Positions 1 through 14,300 of a DNA stretch of 64,000 nucleotides are shown in pieces. Both the position numbers and the translations under genes were made by a program. Position 1 is the first letter of the stretch, and each line of letters begins with the position of its first letter. The notes beneath the pieces were generated by a model. That model saw only the letters and a program-made list of their open reading frames with translations. It was not told the DNA's origin and made no database searches. The DNA comes from Yuukianura sp. NJ FZ-2021. Taxonomy: Eukaryota. The DNA is taken from positions 5,394,001 through 5,458,000 of the forward strand of contig CM102286.1 of the NCBI GenBank assembly GCA_046563655.1, written 5' to 3'.

Positions 1-51
1 TGTCAATCAGCTTCCCGTTTCTGTACCAGACAACGTGTGGAGGAGGAGTTC
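1..51 (-). CDS. Sidestep/nephrin-family Ig protein, internal exon (second half of Ig domain 2; runs off the window start)
   Basis: Acceptor tatttgcag, phase 1. Translates (G)TPPPHVVWYRNGKLID, continuing in frame from the exon at 5279-5389 (..LHCHVKG|G). Confidence 0.85.
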
Positions 52-2228
52 CTGCAAATAAAAAACAAGCGATGAAAACAGACGGAAATCAAGCACGGTC
101 CAGCGATATTGCGACTTTCAACATAGTAGTTCTCTACGTTGAAAAAAACGAATCACAAGTCATCAATCAATCCTCTTTCCTCGAGTTCTCTCCAAAAAAC
201 GACTTTCAAACAAGATAAATGTAATGAAGATATAGGGAAATCAATTTCTTATTTTCCAAAAGAAAAGTCTTCGTATACTTGGAGACATTCATTTTCATTT
301 ACGGAGTTGAATTTCAACTATCAAAGTCTCTTTTTGGCAATGTGACTTGCCTTTGTTTCCTTTTCCTTTGGGACTTGCAAAACTCCCAAATGAAATGGAC
401 AAACTTTTTACACCAAATTCTTTTTCTAGCAAATTTTTTCTCTTCTTTCTTCAGCTTGTTTAGCTTTCTTCGTGATTTTATGTTGCTTTTTCAGGATATT
501 GCGTTGCTTTTTTAGCATGTCTTGCAAATTACTCGTGCTACACATCGGAAATCAAAAACTGCCGCCGATTCAAAGTTAGGCCCATAGTCAAACAAAGTTT
601 GTTGAAGAGGTGATTGCCCTCTCCAGAACAGTCTTCTTCTGGCTGAAATGGCGCACGACCTCAATTACCCTGTCATACGTGTGTCCCCCATGTGAAACCA
701 AGTTTTGTTGGACAGTTTCCCTAGAAATTGTGATAGGAAAAGTTGAGGCTTTTGGAGACAATTTTGGATAATTTTCTCAAGATGTGAGCTAATCCATTTG
801 GAAATGGGGAGAGTTGGACTTGGCGTGTGCTTGGACAGTTCTAGGACATCGTCCGTGCTTCATACAAGGCCATTGTCAACACATGGCAACGCAAGAGGAG
901 ACATTGCCAAAGCCTGACACTAAAAAGTCCTAATGGCGACAACTCTAGCCGATTCCTGAGACGTACTTTTATTTTCGTCCATTGAAAGAAGAAGAAAGTG
1001 ACGTGGACGTGTGCGTAGAGCACTAGGAAGGTGAAGATTGAATCCCTTGTCTAACCTCTATTAGACATCCTGAAGGCATTATCCCCTGATAGAAAAACTT
1101 TGAACATTTCTTAAAAAACGAAAAAAGAATGGAAACGGTTTTGTAGTAGTAAGTAACTGGTGAAAGTAAAAGCTATAGGCAGTTTAACTTAAGAGCTGGT
1201 GGGAAATCCTCAGCTCTTCGTCCCACTCTGACTTTGTACTTAATGTGAAAAGTATTTTTAGTAAAGTAAAGGCACTTGGAACTGTTGAGACACTTAAGTC
1301 TCTTCCCTGATTTGGCACCCACTTTTCTCGCGCTCAATGTCTATACAAAAATTATATTGAGCCTCGGAAGTTCCATTTAGTGTCTAATGTTGTAGCATCC
1401 CTTGGGTTTTTATTCAATTGAAACTTTTTTTTTCGTAGAAACGCCGAAAAAGTATTGAATAAAATTGCTCTTCTCAAATTGCTCACCATACTTTATATGG
1501 TTCCCTCAAGGGGCTTCTGCTCAGTCCAAAGGCCTCTTTCTAAAAAAAAGACATTTCCCTATTTCAAATCCTTAACGACTTGGGTTTTGTTCTTTGAAAT
1601 TGTAAAAAAGCTTTTTTGGAGCCAACGGAAATGCTCGTGCCCGAACAATTTATTCCTTCTTTCTATGTCGGTTCTGTTACTATGTTATGCATTGCCTTTA
1701 GACTTTATGATGGAAGAAGAAGCATTTGGATTGGTCGAATGTAAAGCAATGCTCTGGCGGTCAATCAGAATTTCACTTATGAAAACTGATGTGTTTTACG
1801 TTGGTTCTGAAAAGAAAGTTTCAGCTTTCACCGCACACTCTTCTCCTTTGCAAAGTTTCTTTTTAGGTTAGACAAAATTCCTCCAGGACTTGGCATTTTT
1901 TCAAAGAAAATTTGAAAAGAAAACGAGGCTCTAAGGGAATACGGTTATTTTAAACTACGTTGAACTACATTTTACTACAAACAAAATGAACTCAAATGCA
2001 TTATTCAAATTTGTATAAAGTGCAAAAGTACAACGCTTGACTATACTGTTACACATGTAACGTTCTGTAACAAAAGGAAGGCTTTTTATAAATATTAATA
2101 ACCTATCATAACCTTTTGTTTCGGATTCATCACCAAAACGAGTACATTTGAATCACTAAAAAAACGTATTAGAAAACCCATAGTTTTGAAATTGCAATTC
2201 TGAAATGTGAAATGTAAAATTTTAATTA

Positions 2229-2371
2229 TGGGGGGAGAACTGCTCAACTAGGCGGGATTGCTAACTGATAGAACTGGTAATATGAATGTGAAATTTGTGT
2301 AGAGCAGTGGACCTTATCTTGTTCGAACAGATTTCAACCATGTTCAAGACTTCTATGTAGTTCTCCCCCCA
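2229..2371. mobile_element. Short non-autonomous element (MITE-like), 143 bp
   Basis: Perfect inverted repeat TATGGGGGGAGAACT (2227-2241) / AGTTCTCCCCCCATA (2359-2373). Can be read as 13-bp TIRs flanked by TA on both sides. No internal ORF. Confidence 0.55.
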
Positions 2372-5278
2372 TAGTTTTCTGGAAGGGGACTTTATTCACT
2401 CCTCCTTAGTTTGACGAGATGGTCGGAAGTTGAAAGTGTTCTTTAAAAGATCTTAATGGAGCAAGGTGATGATGATATCAACGGAATGGTGCGCTCGCTT
2501 TTCCTTTCCGTTTGAATTTCCCGCACATGCATATTTGACTAGGGATAATAGGATGGAACAGGGAGTCGGAATCGATGGGAATGACGACAGTAGATAAAGT
2601 TCCTCCCGCCCTCAGACACACACATTATGACTATTTCAGAATCCATATTCTACATGCACATGATTTCCCATAATGGTCCAAAACCAATTTCAAATCAAAT
2701 GTATTTTCAGTTGAAAGAGAAAGTTTAGTTATACCAACACCCGCTCTGAGTACATGAGGCGTCGACTTATCATTACGCCTTCCCTTCTCGATAGCATCGC
2801 AGCACTAAAAATTCTACATCTCTTCCCATCATCTTTATTCATTTCATGTCATTTCCGAAAATTTCAAGTCCGGAACCTTCTGGAAATTCTATTTGAACAG
2901 ATGAAGGAGTTTCGAAATTTCAAAGAGTAAAAAGTGCTCCTCCAATCCTTTGGGAATATCAAATCTGTCAATATTCTACAAAAGTGAAAGCGTCAGCAGT
3001 AGATTACACCTTGCGGCTGCGCAAGAAAAAAAACAAGGAATTTTAAACAAGGTCAATGAACAGAACACTGTTGCTGGGGACAAGGTGAGGGAGAGTAAAA
3101 ATGACTAAAAGTTTTGTCGTGTGCTAGAACGAATGGGCGGTAAAGAGTCGTTAATATGAATTGTTGCCTTGAATTGTCAAGATTACGATTTACGCCTACT
3201 AGAAACGAAGAAAAAACTAGAAAAAGCGTTCTAATATTTTTGGCACGAACTCAATGATTATGAATGTATTGAGCAAAAATAGAAACGAACGGGCGGGCAG
3301 ATGGATTTTTGTTTTCTGGAAGTAGAAAGTTGGCGGTTTGCCTTTTTCGTAGAAAAATTTGTGTGTTTGGTAGGCATGAACTTTCTCCATTTTTGCGGAT
3401 TTGCTCTCTTTTTTGTGAAGGCGTGAGTTTTGAATTGACATGTAATCAGAAAGTAGTCTTCAAGGAAAGGTACGTATGGCGCGCACGGATTCGAAACTTG
3501 TCAGTTCGTTTTTCTACATGCCAAAAAATATTTTTTATGTCGAATCACGACATAACTTTCCTATCTTATCAAAATCAACCTCACCAAAGATAATTAGTAA
3601 GTAGCAGAAATGCCTATGGGCGCACAGAAAAAGTTTGTTGAAATAGTTTTCAAAATTCTTTTCAAAAGTTTGTAAGACATGCAACAGTAAATCCAGATGA
3701 CTCGATGTTCGTCAAAACCAAAAATTCGCGTTTCGATTTCAAATTGTAGGTCAAAATTAATTGGTTTTATTTCCAAACTTTCCACATCCAAAATTGATAT
3801 AATTGCTGAAAATTTTGATAACGTAGAATGGGTTTCTACTTCTAGTTCCTAAGAACTTGAATGACAACTTTAACTAATGGTGGCAACACACTTTGTCTAA
3901 AGAAACAACAATGGCAAAGTGTTGATTTGTTGGTTTTAGAGTTGGGCACGTCTTTTGTGGCTTTCTAGAATTCTTAGCCTTTGTTCCCTGAATTCCAATG
4001 TTCCAGTAAGTGCCATCAGTTCTAAATTATGCACATTCATTCTTGGTCTAAGAAGAAACTATTTGCTAATTGTGACTGAACACCTTTCACTTTAGTGGTT
4101 TGGCATATTGGCTTCCTAAGCTCCACCAACTTTGAACAAACGAAACAATGCGCAGTTAAATTCCATAGAAAGACCTCTTAAGTTATGTTTGTTCCAAAGT
4201 GCTAAAACCCAAAGAACATTTGTCATCTAAGAGCTTTGTAAATTATTTGGCAACCATTTTGAAACATTCTACCACACCATTGTCTCTCTGTCACCTTTTC
4301 CTCCTTGTACTTCTGATCCTCTAAGAAATACGGTTTGTCTAAAAGACGACAGAAACAAAGGCGGGAAAGTTCTCAACTTGAGACAAATTCACACAAATTA
4401 TCTCAATTTAATTTTGCAACAACTCAGGATTTCTGAGGTGTGACGTCCAAAGATGGCTGCTCTGCTTTGTTTTAAAATTTTAGAACAAACCGTCACACTT
4501 GAAATTTTTAGAACAAAACGTCATCCTTTCCCAACGAATTCCTGTAGGTCTAAATCCAGTTTTATTGAATTTGGACTAGAAAAAGTAGAGCCTAGAAGTG
4601 CAAAGCTGGAGAAAGTGGGACTTTCTCTACAATAAAAGTCTAAAAAACAGAAAGGGAAAAGACGCTGAAATAAATCTTGAGGAATTGAGAGCATTTAGTG
4701 TCTTTTATTTACAAAAATAAATCATCTGTGTAAGCATTTGGGCAAGAATCATCCTGATCCTCTGTCGTGTGATACTTTGCAAAAGACAGAAGAAAAACCT
4801 AACAATTGGATCACACTATCCACAGCTAGACAAGTTAGGAGCGGAGGTGGGGAATTAGATGACAAACAATTCGAGAGCTTCCGAGTGGAAAAGTAGGAAA
4901 AATGGACCGAAGGTGGACCCATAGATCTTCTTTTTCCACACGGCCAAAAAGTTACCACTACTAACAAAACCGCCTTTTTGCAAAAGAAAAAAAATGAAAA
5001 ACTACACAAATATTTTCCTAAGGGACAAACCATGGTTGTGAACAATAAAAAGAAAGTGGTAGAGGAATATCTTTCCCTTAAATTCCAGTTGACAAGACCA
5101 TTAATATCTTATCCCACTTTTTGGAGTTGAAGTACCGTGAGAATCGTTGTAATTTTGAAAAGACAATTTCCAAAGGCTTTCTCTTTTGAAATTTTAGTCC
5201 CTATTAATATTTAATTTAAGAGTTATAAGGCCTTCTGAAGCATAACAGTTTCTAAAAAACAGCTTTTGTTGAACTTAC

Positions 5279-5389
5279 CTCCTTTGACATGGCAGTGGAG
5301 CGTGAGCGGAGCTCCTTCAGTGTATGGCCCAACAAACAACGTCCGCTCCACCCCTTTGTCGTCAACAATAAGTGGCTGCTCGGGTGGTA
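5279..5389 (-). CDS. Sidestep/nephrin-family Ig protein, exon encoding the first half of Ig domain 2
   Basis: 111 nt, phase 1-1, acceptor tttgaatttag, donor gtaagt. Translates (V)PPEQPLIVDDKGVERTLFVGPYTEGAPLTLHCHVKG, the typical Side-family 'GPY.EG..L.L.C...GG' motif. Confidence 0.9.
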
Positions 5390-8300
5390 CTAAATTCAAA
5401 CAAACAAAAAGTCCAATGATTAGGTTATCAAATAATACAAAGTCTATATTTTAAAACACTGAAAGTTGACACTCCTTTCCTTAACTTAGTTTATAATTGC
5501 ATAGTTGAATTAAATTACACTCCTCCATATAATTATAAAACACCTTTCACAATAAAAGGATATTGATGGTAAGGTTGCTGTTTATTGTTTAAAATTCTCG
5601 CAGTAAAGCATAAGGTCAAAAAACGACATTGTCCAAAATTTCACTCAATTCAGTGAAAGCATTTTTCCGTAAGAGAAGGTTTTCTTCTCATAATTATTAG
5701 ACACCCCATATTTTCAAAAATTCGATATTGAATTAAAAATGACACAGTGCCCATTGTACCCAGAAATTGTTTAGGTCATTATCTAAGCCTTTGGTCCCAT
5801 TTTCGCAGAAATTTCAGACGCTTCTTTTTACTTTCTAAAAACCAAAGATACCCGAATCCGGGTATTTCTTTTTTCGAGTTTCTACGCGGTTTTATGTTAG
5901 ACTATGCTAAGTGCATGTTCCGGTTGAAATATCGGCTAGCTAGTTCTGACGAAATGAGATTTCCATTTATATTTTCATCTGTATAGTATAAATGTTAGAA
6001 TCATTAAACCGAAATCCCACTTTCTTCGGCAGATTGCGTAAGTCAATGATACAGTCTGTAAGGATTTTGGACTCCAAGGATTACATATAGTGAAGTTAAT
6101 CCAAATTTTGGACAGCAGCCTAATTTCACTCCATGATATTTCCGCTTTACAAATTCAATTAGACTTAAAACGTCCTGCATATGCACCAAAGCAAGCATGA
6201 ATGTAGTTCCGAAATATTCTGCATTCAACTTATGCCCAGTCACTATAGGAAACATTTTGAAACATAATGCACATAATGGAGAAAGCAAAATGGGAATCTG
6301 CACGCCATTGCCAAAACAAAAGCAACAACATTTCGAACTCTTGTTTTTCTTCTCATTACCATCTTTTCAAACGGGAAAACTTTTCTTCACTTTTACTAGG
6401 TTAGAGTTAGGCACATCCCAACATATGCCGCAACAACTTTCATTGCCTTGGTGGCGGGAATAACTTTTCAATGCGCAACAATGATTATGTGCCAAACTAA
6501 GGCCTTGGAGTCCCTTGGAAGATGAAACGCATCTAAAGACATGCTGAATTCTGTCGGGGAAGACTAAAAGCGACTTGCCAATGCTCGTTTGAACATTCTG
6601 TTTCGATGCACAAAGACATTATGCATATCACCATGCCTGTTAACTGCATATTACGTTTCTCTACCAGACCTAACCAAACCTAACATAAAGACACCTAAAT
6701 CAATAATAGAAGTGGTGGAGGAGACAGGATGGGAAAGCATAAAGAAACCTATTCTCTTCCGAACCATTGACTAGGGATATTGAACTGCTCCAGAAACATG
6801 GCACTAAATGGATCTTTGATTTCATGGATTTGATGGATTAGCAAAAATAAATGTTGCACGAGGGAAATGATCGAGCGGATTCAGCACTTAGGTGTAAGTG
6901 CTTATCTTTCTTGTTACGAAAAATACGATTCTAGGTAGTTGCTCAACACCTTTGATGAATAAAACACCAAAGTTAAAGTGACTCTCCCCAGTCTACTGTA
7001 ATTTTTTTGGAAAAAGACTTTCTCTGAGCTTCTTAATTAAAAGTTAACCTTCAGTGCATCAAACGCTTGCTTTTTAACATGGGAGTGCCTATTTTAACGG
7101 CAAGTACACAACTCTTTCGACTTTAAGTTGAACCAAGGTTTGTAAACAGAAAAATAGTTTTTCTTCAACAGGTTAGGCAATAATTCAAGCGTTTTAAATT
7201 TTGTTCAAAAATTAGCAAAACGGTTCACCATGCCTTCCTATGGTAATGATTTATATGCAATCAAATGGGATTGGGCAAAAATTGGGCGAAAAAATTGTTT
7301 GGAGCGAATTTTTTCGTAAACAGGACTTATTGCCAAACCTCTTAAAGCATTTCGTTGCTATAGAAACCTTGAAGTTGAACCTTGACCTTGGAATTTAATT
7401 CACCCGTACTTGTGTAAGTCATCATCAGTAATTCGCCACACAAAATTCTCTTTTAGCTCGAAACTTTCAATTATTTTAAATGTGTTTCAAAACTGTAATG
7501 AGTGTCCCAATGTCGAAGACTTTAATTTTGGCGGTTTGCTTTGTTTTTGACACTTAACGTTTAATGCATAGCCTAAAGTTGAATTATGTTTAACCAAATA
7601 AACTCTCTCCTGGTTTTGTTTTAAACAAAACAAGTTTTCTGTCCTCCCTTCAAATCCCAAATCCTGTCAGTGTTCTTAGCACTAATCTCCTGTTTGGTAC
7701 AGTTTTCTCTCTGTCGTGGTTTGATTACGCCGAGCGACGTCTAGTCATAGACTTTCCATAAATCCCGCGGAAATTAATGCTAGAAAGCTCCTCTACTCCA
7801 CATGAATGAGCACAAGCGACTGCAGCCGCCGGATTTTCAAATTTAGACAAGGAAAGAAATTCATATGAAGTGAAGGGAAGAGGGGAGAAAGTATAGCTTT
7901 CACTCGCGCTGCTACTTTGAGTTGATTGAAAGGAAAATCTTTTGCGTTAAGCTAAAAAGATTAAGGCGGTCAGAGGTTTTGTGATGTGATTAGTAAAGGA
8001 AGCTCGGCTGGTGTTTTACTTAAGGCTGTTTGCTGCTATTTCAGAATTATTGAAATGATGCAGATGATTCTAGCTCTCGTTTTGTTTCTAAAACAAGGCT
8101 TTTGCTGTCTGGAGTCTCAAAAAAGATCCTATTGTGTTTTTGTCAAGTCAATCAGACAGCTTGGAAGTTTTCAAAACTTTCGTTTTCTAGAAACTTTATG
8201 CAAACACAAATTGGCCTTGCATTTTAAATCAAAGAAACAGAGTGTCACTTAACGCCATTCTATTTTAAGCAAGCAGCTCTGCTGATTTATATATTAAACA

Positions 8301-11300
8301 GCAGCTTTTGTCCCTTCAAGGCATAGAATAGTTAATTTTAGACTTTAACGTGGAGAAAGTACGTGGGAGAGTTATTTATTTTCTTGAAAATTCATCAACT
8401 TCAAACATCTTTGCAACAAAAGCTATCTTACGCTAAAGTTTCCGGTTTGTTAGTGACGAACAGCCATTCAGTTAAAATATGAACAAAATGTAAATATTGC
8501 CCTTTGACCTCCTCCTCTTTGCTCCTCTCAGAATTAGAATTCATTTCTTGTGTATAATAATCCAATTTCGAGTTAAGTTATGAAGTGCGGAAGCCTAAAT
8601 TGTGAATTTTGAAATTTAAAATAATGTGCTAGTACCGTGTTTACTTTACATTTTGTGCTCATACTCATATATGGTTTCCTACTCTGAAATTACATTTTTC
8701 TTCGTCAGTTGTCACACTTTTGAATCCGTGTGCTCTTGGGTTTTAGTATTCTGGTGACCGAAGGAGCAATGGAGAGAGAAAGTCGTTGTGAGTTGTGAAG
8801 GGAAAACCTAAGCTAACTTAGGCTAGGCATAGCTGGGAAAGGGCCCTTTTGAGCCTTGTCACTCCTGTGTTTATGGGAAATGGCTAAGTGTATAAGGGAA
8901 AAGGAGGGCCCTTTAATGGTATGCTCATCATGTTTCAACGTAATACGCTGAGTAGCTTTTCCATTTTCTGGACCACCAAAAGATGGAAGGATTCAGAAAA
9001 CTCAACACGTAGTCGTCCCTTGACTTCATGCACTTATACAACTACAACCACCACCATCTCCTATCCTTTATAACTTCAACTTTTTGGCGTCCGGGTAGGT
9101 TCCAGAGGGAATCGGCAGTGGAAGGGAAGTTTAAAAACTTGGAACTTAGAATTGAGAATCAAAACACTTTGGGTAAAGCTAAGGCCAATTCAGCACTTGT
9201 CGTAGTATCTAAAACTTGGTCTGGGAAATTCCACGGAGAGTGTCCAAAGTTTGGGCAAAAGTGGCTAGGAACAAGTCAACTTCACCCGCCCACACCAAAG
9301 TCCAAAGCTGACAGTGGACATTCCGCCTTGAAAATGTCAAAAAATACTTTTATTGTCAAACAGGTCACGAAATAGCTTTTTTCGAGTTCGAACTTCTGAA
9401 TTTTTCAAGCAAACAGTGTCCTGTCAATTATTTTATTCACGCTTCGTTTTCAACTAAATTAAAAAAAATGCTCATTTACGTTCGATTTTTGGTTACGACG
9501 TCTCTTGTGCGTTTTCAAATTTTTTTTGAAAAGGGGAAATTTATGTCTGGATTTTCGACTCGTGTTATCCCGATTGCTAAAAGAGGTTCTTACAGAAAGC
9601 CAATGTTAGCTGATTTATGAATTGAAAATGTCCAACACCGGATCGCTGACATAACCGAACTGAGTCTCAAGATATTTTTATCTTTTCCCAAGAACATGCA
9701 TCTTCCAGTGCAGCACTTTGAAATAAGTGTAAGTTGAGTCAATTTGTTCAAAGTGCAGGGCATGTGAGGGCCATAGTCGACGAAATGGCCTCCAATTTAC
9801 ACTGAAATCCCAAGAATTATCTTCTAAGGAATCCTACTTGGATTATGGGGGGACTTTGGTTGCCTTTTCCCATGGCCAGAACGTGTGACTTTGTGTAAAG
9901 TGATGCAATGCAGGTGGCGGACACCGTGGTACCGTCAGTGGTAAGCAGTACTATGGGGCGTAAAATATGACTCAATGCACTCTTCGATTCTGCTTGCCAA
10001 GTGAAGTCGTTCTCCTCTGATTGCTTTCTTTCTCACACGCAGATCTTTTTTGGCGAAAAGACCATTCGTTTTCACCGCACTTTTTTGGGCCACTTTCCCG
10101 CTTTTTTTTCGTTCAGGGAAAAGAGAGAAAAAACTACTTTTAACTTTCCCGCTTCGTGAGATAAATCTTAAGAAAGTTGTGTTAAAATAAGCATTCTATC
10201 TTCCGAGCAAGATTCATTTGGGAGACGCTCTTCCACACTTTCCAGTCCCCTAATTTCCACAAACACTTCCAAGCCCTGAATCCATTTGGGTACTACAAGA
10301 AGTAGAAGATGCAGAGAGGAAAGTGGCTTTAAGGACTGCCGGAACGCTACAGTAGCCATTAAACTCTCAATTTCTAAATAAAAAACAAAGAGAAACAACA
10401 AAACTTAATTTTATGAACCTAAGGGACTAGGGAAGCTGGTAGTTCATTAATCAAACAACAAAGGATGGTGAAAGTACTTTAACCTGAATTAACTATTGAC
10501 TGACTAATGTTGAAAAAAGTTTTTGGGTTAGAACATTAATGCAAAAGACTTTCACTTTAGCAACAACTTTGATGCCCTTAATCATTTCCTTGTTTCTACT
10601 TTCTACCATGTGAAAGTCATAAAATCAACCTTTGTTCAACTTTTTTAAAAAGTAAAGCCACTTTATGTAACTTTTTGGAACGTTGTTTCAAAATTGTTTT
10701 ACTTTTTGTTCAAACAGAACAAAGACAGGTGGAAAGAACATCACATTTATGGTTTTATTTTCCTTTCAGAAAAGTTTTTGGCCAAATTGAGAACTTTTTT
10801 AAACATAAAATGAAAATGTTTGAAACATTGTTCATGGACTGCACAAAATGACTAGTTTGAGAGTGATTTGATTTTGAGTGCTGTCATAAATTTTAGATTC
10901 AAAATTTAGTGTCGCACCAATTAGCGGAAATCTCTGTATTTATGGAAATGAAACCCACTTTCATTTTCGTGGGTGAAATTTACACCACCACCGTAGTGTT
11001 TCTACTATGAATTCTCTGCAGAAGGGAGAAACGCGAGGAGAAAGTAAGAGTTATTTTGTAATTCCAGTATAATAAAGTTGAATGACAGAAGGTTTTCGTT
11101 GTATTCATTCAAAGTGAAAGCGCCTACAAAAGGAAACTGAAATTGCTTCACTCATTTATCTGTCCCCAGTTCGTCGCAGAAATCGTCATCCTGTTTCCCG
11201 TAGGTTCGGAGATGGAAGGTTTAGGTTGTTCGCAAGAAGAAATTGAAGACAACACGACTCTCCCTGGGAGTCAAGTCTCTTCATTCTTCCTTTTCCTAGA

Positions 11301-14300
11301 ATAGTTCCTTAAGGTAATTCACTTCATGACATTTGAAACTTTATGTAGCTGGAGATATAAGAACCCAAATGAGAAAATGAAATCGAAAGTTCCGTGCACT
11401 AGCGTTCCAGTGAAAGTAAAAAGAGAAAGATGAGACGTGAGCATTGGGCCATTTGGTTGCAAAAACTTAAGATCCCTTCTCGGCATTGACACAGTTCCAA
11501 AAAGAAGCAAAAAGAATCATCCTTCCAGGCAAAAAGTCCTTTACGTGTTTCTGGATGGCCCCTTTCTCTTGGGAAACATGAGGTCGGAGACGCGTATTGA
11601 GTTCCAAGTCTAATGTCTCCTTAAGGACCGTCTCTGTCACGTATGTCACATCCTAACATCCTAAACCAATGTACAGGAACCTTATAATTTTCACTACACT
11701 TCGATACACTTTCTTCACAAGGATCTGCATAGGGCTAACAAGGACGTTCCTGACAGTAGTTTTCTCCAATATCTAAACTAATGTGTCCCAGAGTCTCTCA
11801 GTAACAAAGTCCAATTTGAAATATAAATGGAACAGCAATTTCGTTTTTCCGTCGAATTCATAAGGAAAGAAATCGAAGAAAAGGAAACAAGCGTGTCGAT
11901 TCGTTTTTCAAATGAGGTTTCAGTTCAGTTTAGGTTGAAATTGGCACCGGTGGAGCCTAAGCGGTGGTTGTGGCGGTTCCATTCAAATGTTCCAAAGTCA
12001 TTAGGAATTGGGCAGCAGTTATGGGAGCCATAACTTGTGTAGAAGTACAATGTAGGCGACTAACCCTTTGCCTTTGAATCGTCTTGCGCCGAACAATAGT
12101 TGTCATTTCTTTCTCTCCGTCTCAACCTCGAACTGAAACAAATTGGTTCTGAGGACTTGAATACCTGCAGAAGCGGAACAGAAAACGACTTTCCATTTGT
12201 ATGGTCAGTGAACCCAGCGAAGAGGATTTCTCTTATGTAAATCCTAAAAGCAAAATCCCATCTTTTGCTCAACATGTGCCCAAACGGATCCTAGGATATG
12301 CCAAACTATTAGAACCAACATGGCAGCGGCACAAATGCTCTAGATTCGGCTCCATCAAATCGAATCTAGCGCAGAACGAGAAAGCAAGTCAAATTGAGCT
12401 TGGTCTGATCTGGAAAGATGACAACGGTTTCAATTTGATGCAGCGGTTGCTAGTAACTAGATGGAATCAAATCCGTCGTAAAATTTCGTTGGGCCCATAA
12501 TACTTTCTAATCCACAGAGCAACAAAACGAAGAACAACCAACCATTTTTGAACTGTGTTCGTGAAGTCAAAAGTTTTTTGGCAAATGAACGTCAACAACA
12601 AACACGCATACACAGTAAACTTTTAATGTTACAGTTTACCTCATAAACTACTAGACTACTTTTTCAAAAAATTTAATTCAATTTTGGCAAACACGCTTCG
12701 AAATGCTATAATATGCTTCGTTTTTTTTACTTCGCTTTACGCTGAATCCTCGACAATAAAATTTTGCAAGGAGCAACAAATAGTCATGCAAATAGTCTCA
12801 AAAAATTCCCCGTTTAAAAAACTTTGTTCGTACGCAAAATTGGAAATGTTTATAAATTATAAACTTTTATCTATTAAAATAAAAAGTATTGCCTACTGAT
12901 TGTCACATTTTGGAAGGATGAACCTTACAGATTTTCAGAATTCCGATGCCGAATTTACTAATCAAGTTAGTTATCCAAAAAAAAACAGAATCATATGCAA
13001 AGTGCCAATTAACGATTAAAATGGATCGTTTTTGATAGCTTTAGTTGTGGCAGGAAGTTACAAGTAGATGTGGCCAATTTGTACTTAGTCTTCGCATTTT
13101 TTCCAGTTGACAAAACCAGACAAGAGCCTTCAAAGTCAAATCCCCGGCTGATTCGGATCTGCGAAAAGAAAGCCGAAAGGAGCTAACAGGCAGATTTTAA
13201 GAATCCAACTGCTCAAACTCTCAACATTTTGAGACACAATGAAACTTTGCTCATGCAAATTCTGGAGCGATTGAAAAGGAAAGTTCTTCGTATTTCACCA
13301 AAGCAAGGAGGATGAGCAAGTAAGAAGTAAAAGCAGCGAAGCAAAGACAAAAGTCTTCCTTTTGTTCAACGCTAAGCGAATTTAAAATTAGTTTCATACA
13401 AGATGGGAAGATGCCTCGACTTTACTAGGGATCTGCAATCATTGATTTATGATAAGTCAAGACTTTCTTTTCTCTTTTTCAACTAAAAAAAAGGAGCTAA
13501 AGCAGAAGCTGTAGAGAGAATTAGAATGAAATTAATCATTGCCTAGCACATGCTTTTCACAATTTTTTTTTCAACAGCAAACCAGCCGTAGTACAAGTCG
13601 CATTTTCTCCATCATCTCCTTGACGCTATCGCTGGAGAAAGCTGCTTTCTTAACTTTACAGAGAAACTATGTTGATGACTTTTTAATTTTACAAATTGGA
13701 TTTTCTTTTCAACAAGAAAGTTTTTCCTTAGTTTTTTTTCCAAAACATGAGCTTTAGTTTATATCATGGCATGTTTTTTTTCTGCTAATACATGTGTTAG
13801 ATGTGACGCAGTTGTGACACTTGTGCCAACTTCTTGGATAACTTTTTTTTACTCAAATAGAAAAACTTGGCACTGATAAATTATTAACCAAAGTAGAAAA
13901 ATCTTTTAGGAGAAAGTGAATAAATCGACACAAGTCTAGGTTCCATAATTTCCAGAAAAGGTTCAAATGGCTTCTGTCTTCCAAATAAAAGTGAAAGTGA
14001 GATCCAAGGCAGCAGGTAAGTAGAGCAAATATTGATGGGATGGAATTAGATTGTGGATTGTGAGAGCAGAAGAAGAAAAACACAAGAGAAAGAGACAGTG
14101 TGGGAAATACCCGGAAGTAACAATAGACAATGGGCTGGGATAATACTCAGATAGTGTCAGATGGAAAGGACTTTCTTAAGGAAGAAAGGGCCCATTTTCC
14201 TTGAGCCTTGAGAGATGCTCCCTTTGCTGTTACTTTACTTTAGGGAGACTCCCTTGTTCACTTCTTGGATGGAGGAAGAAGGAAAAGAAGGAGATCGATA

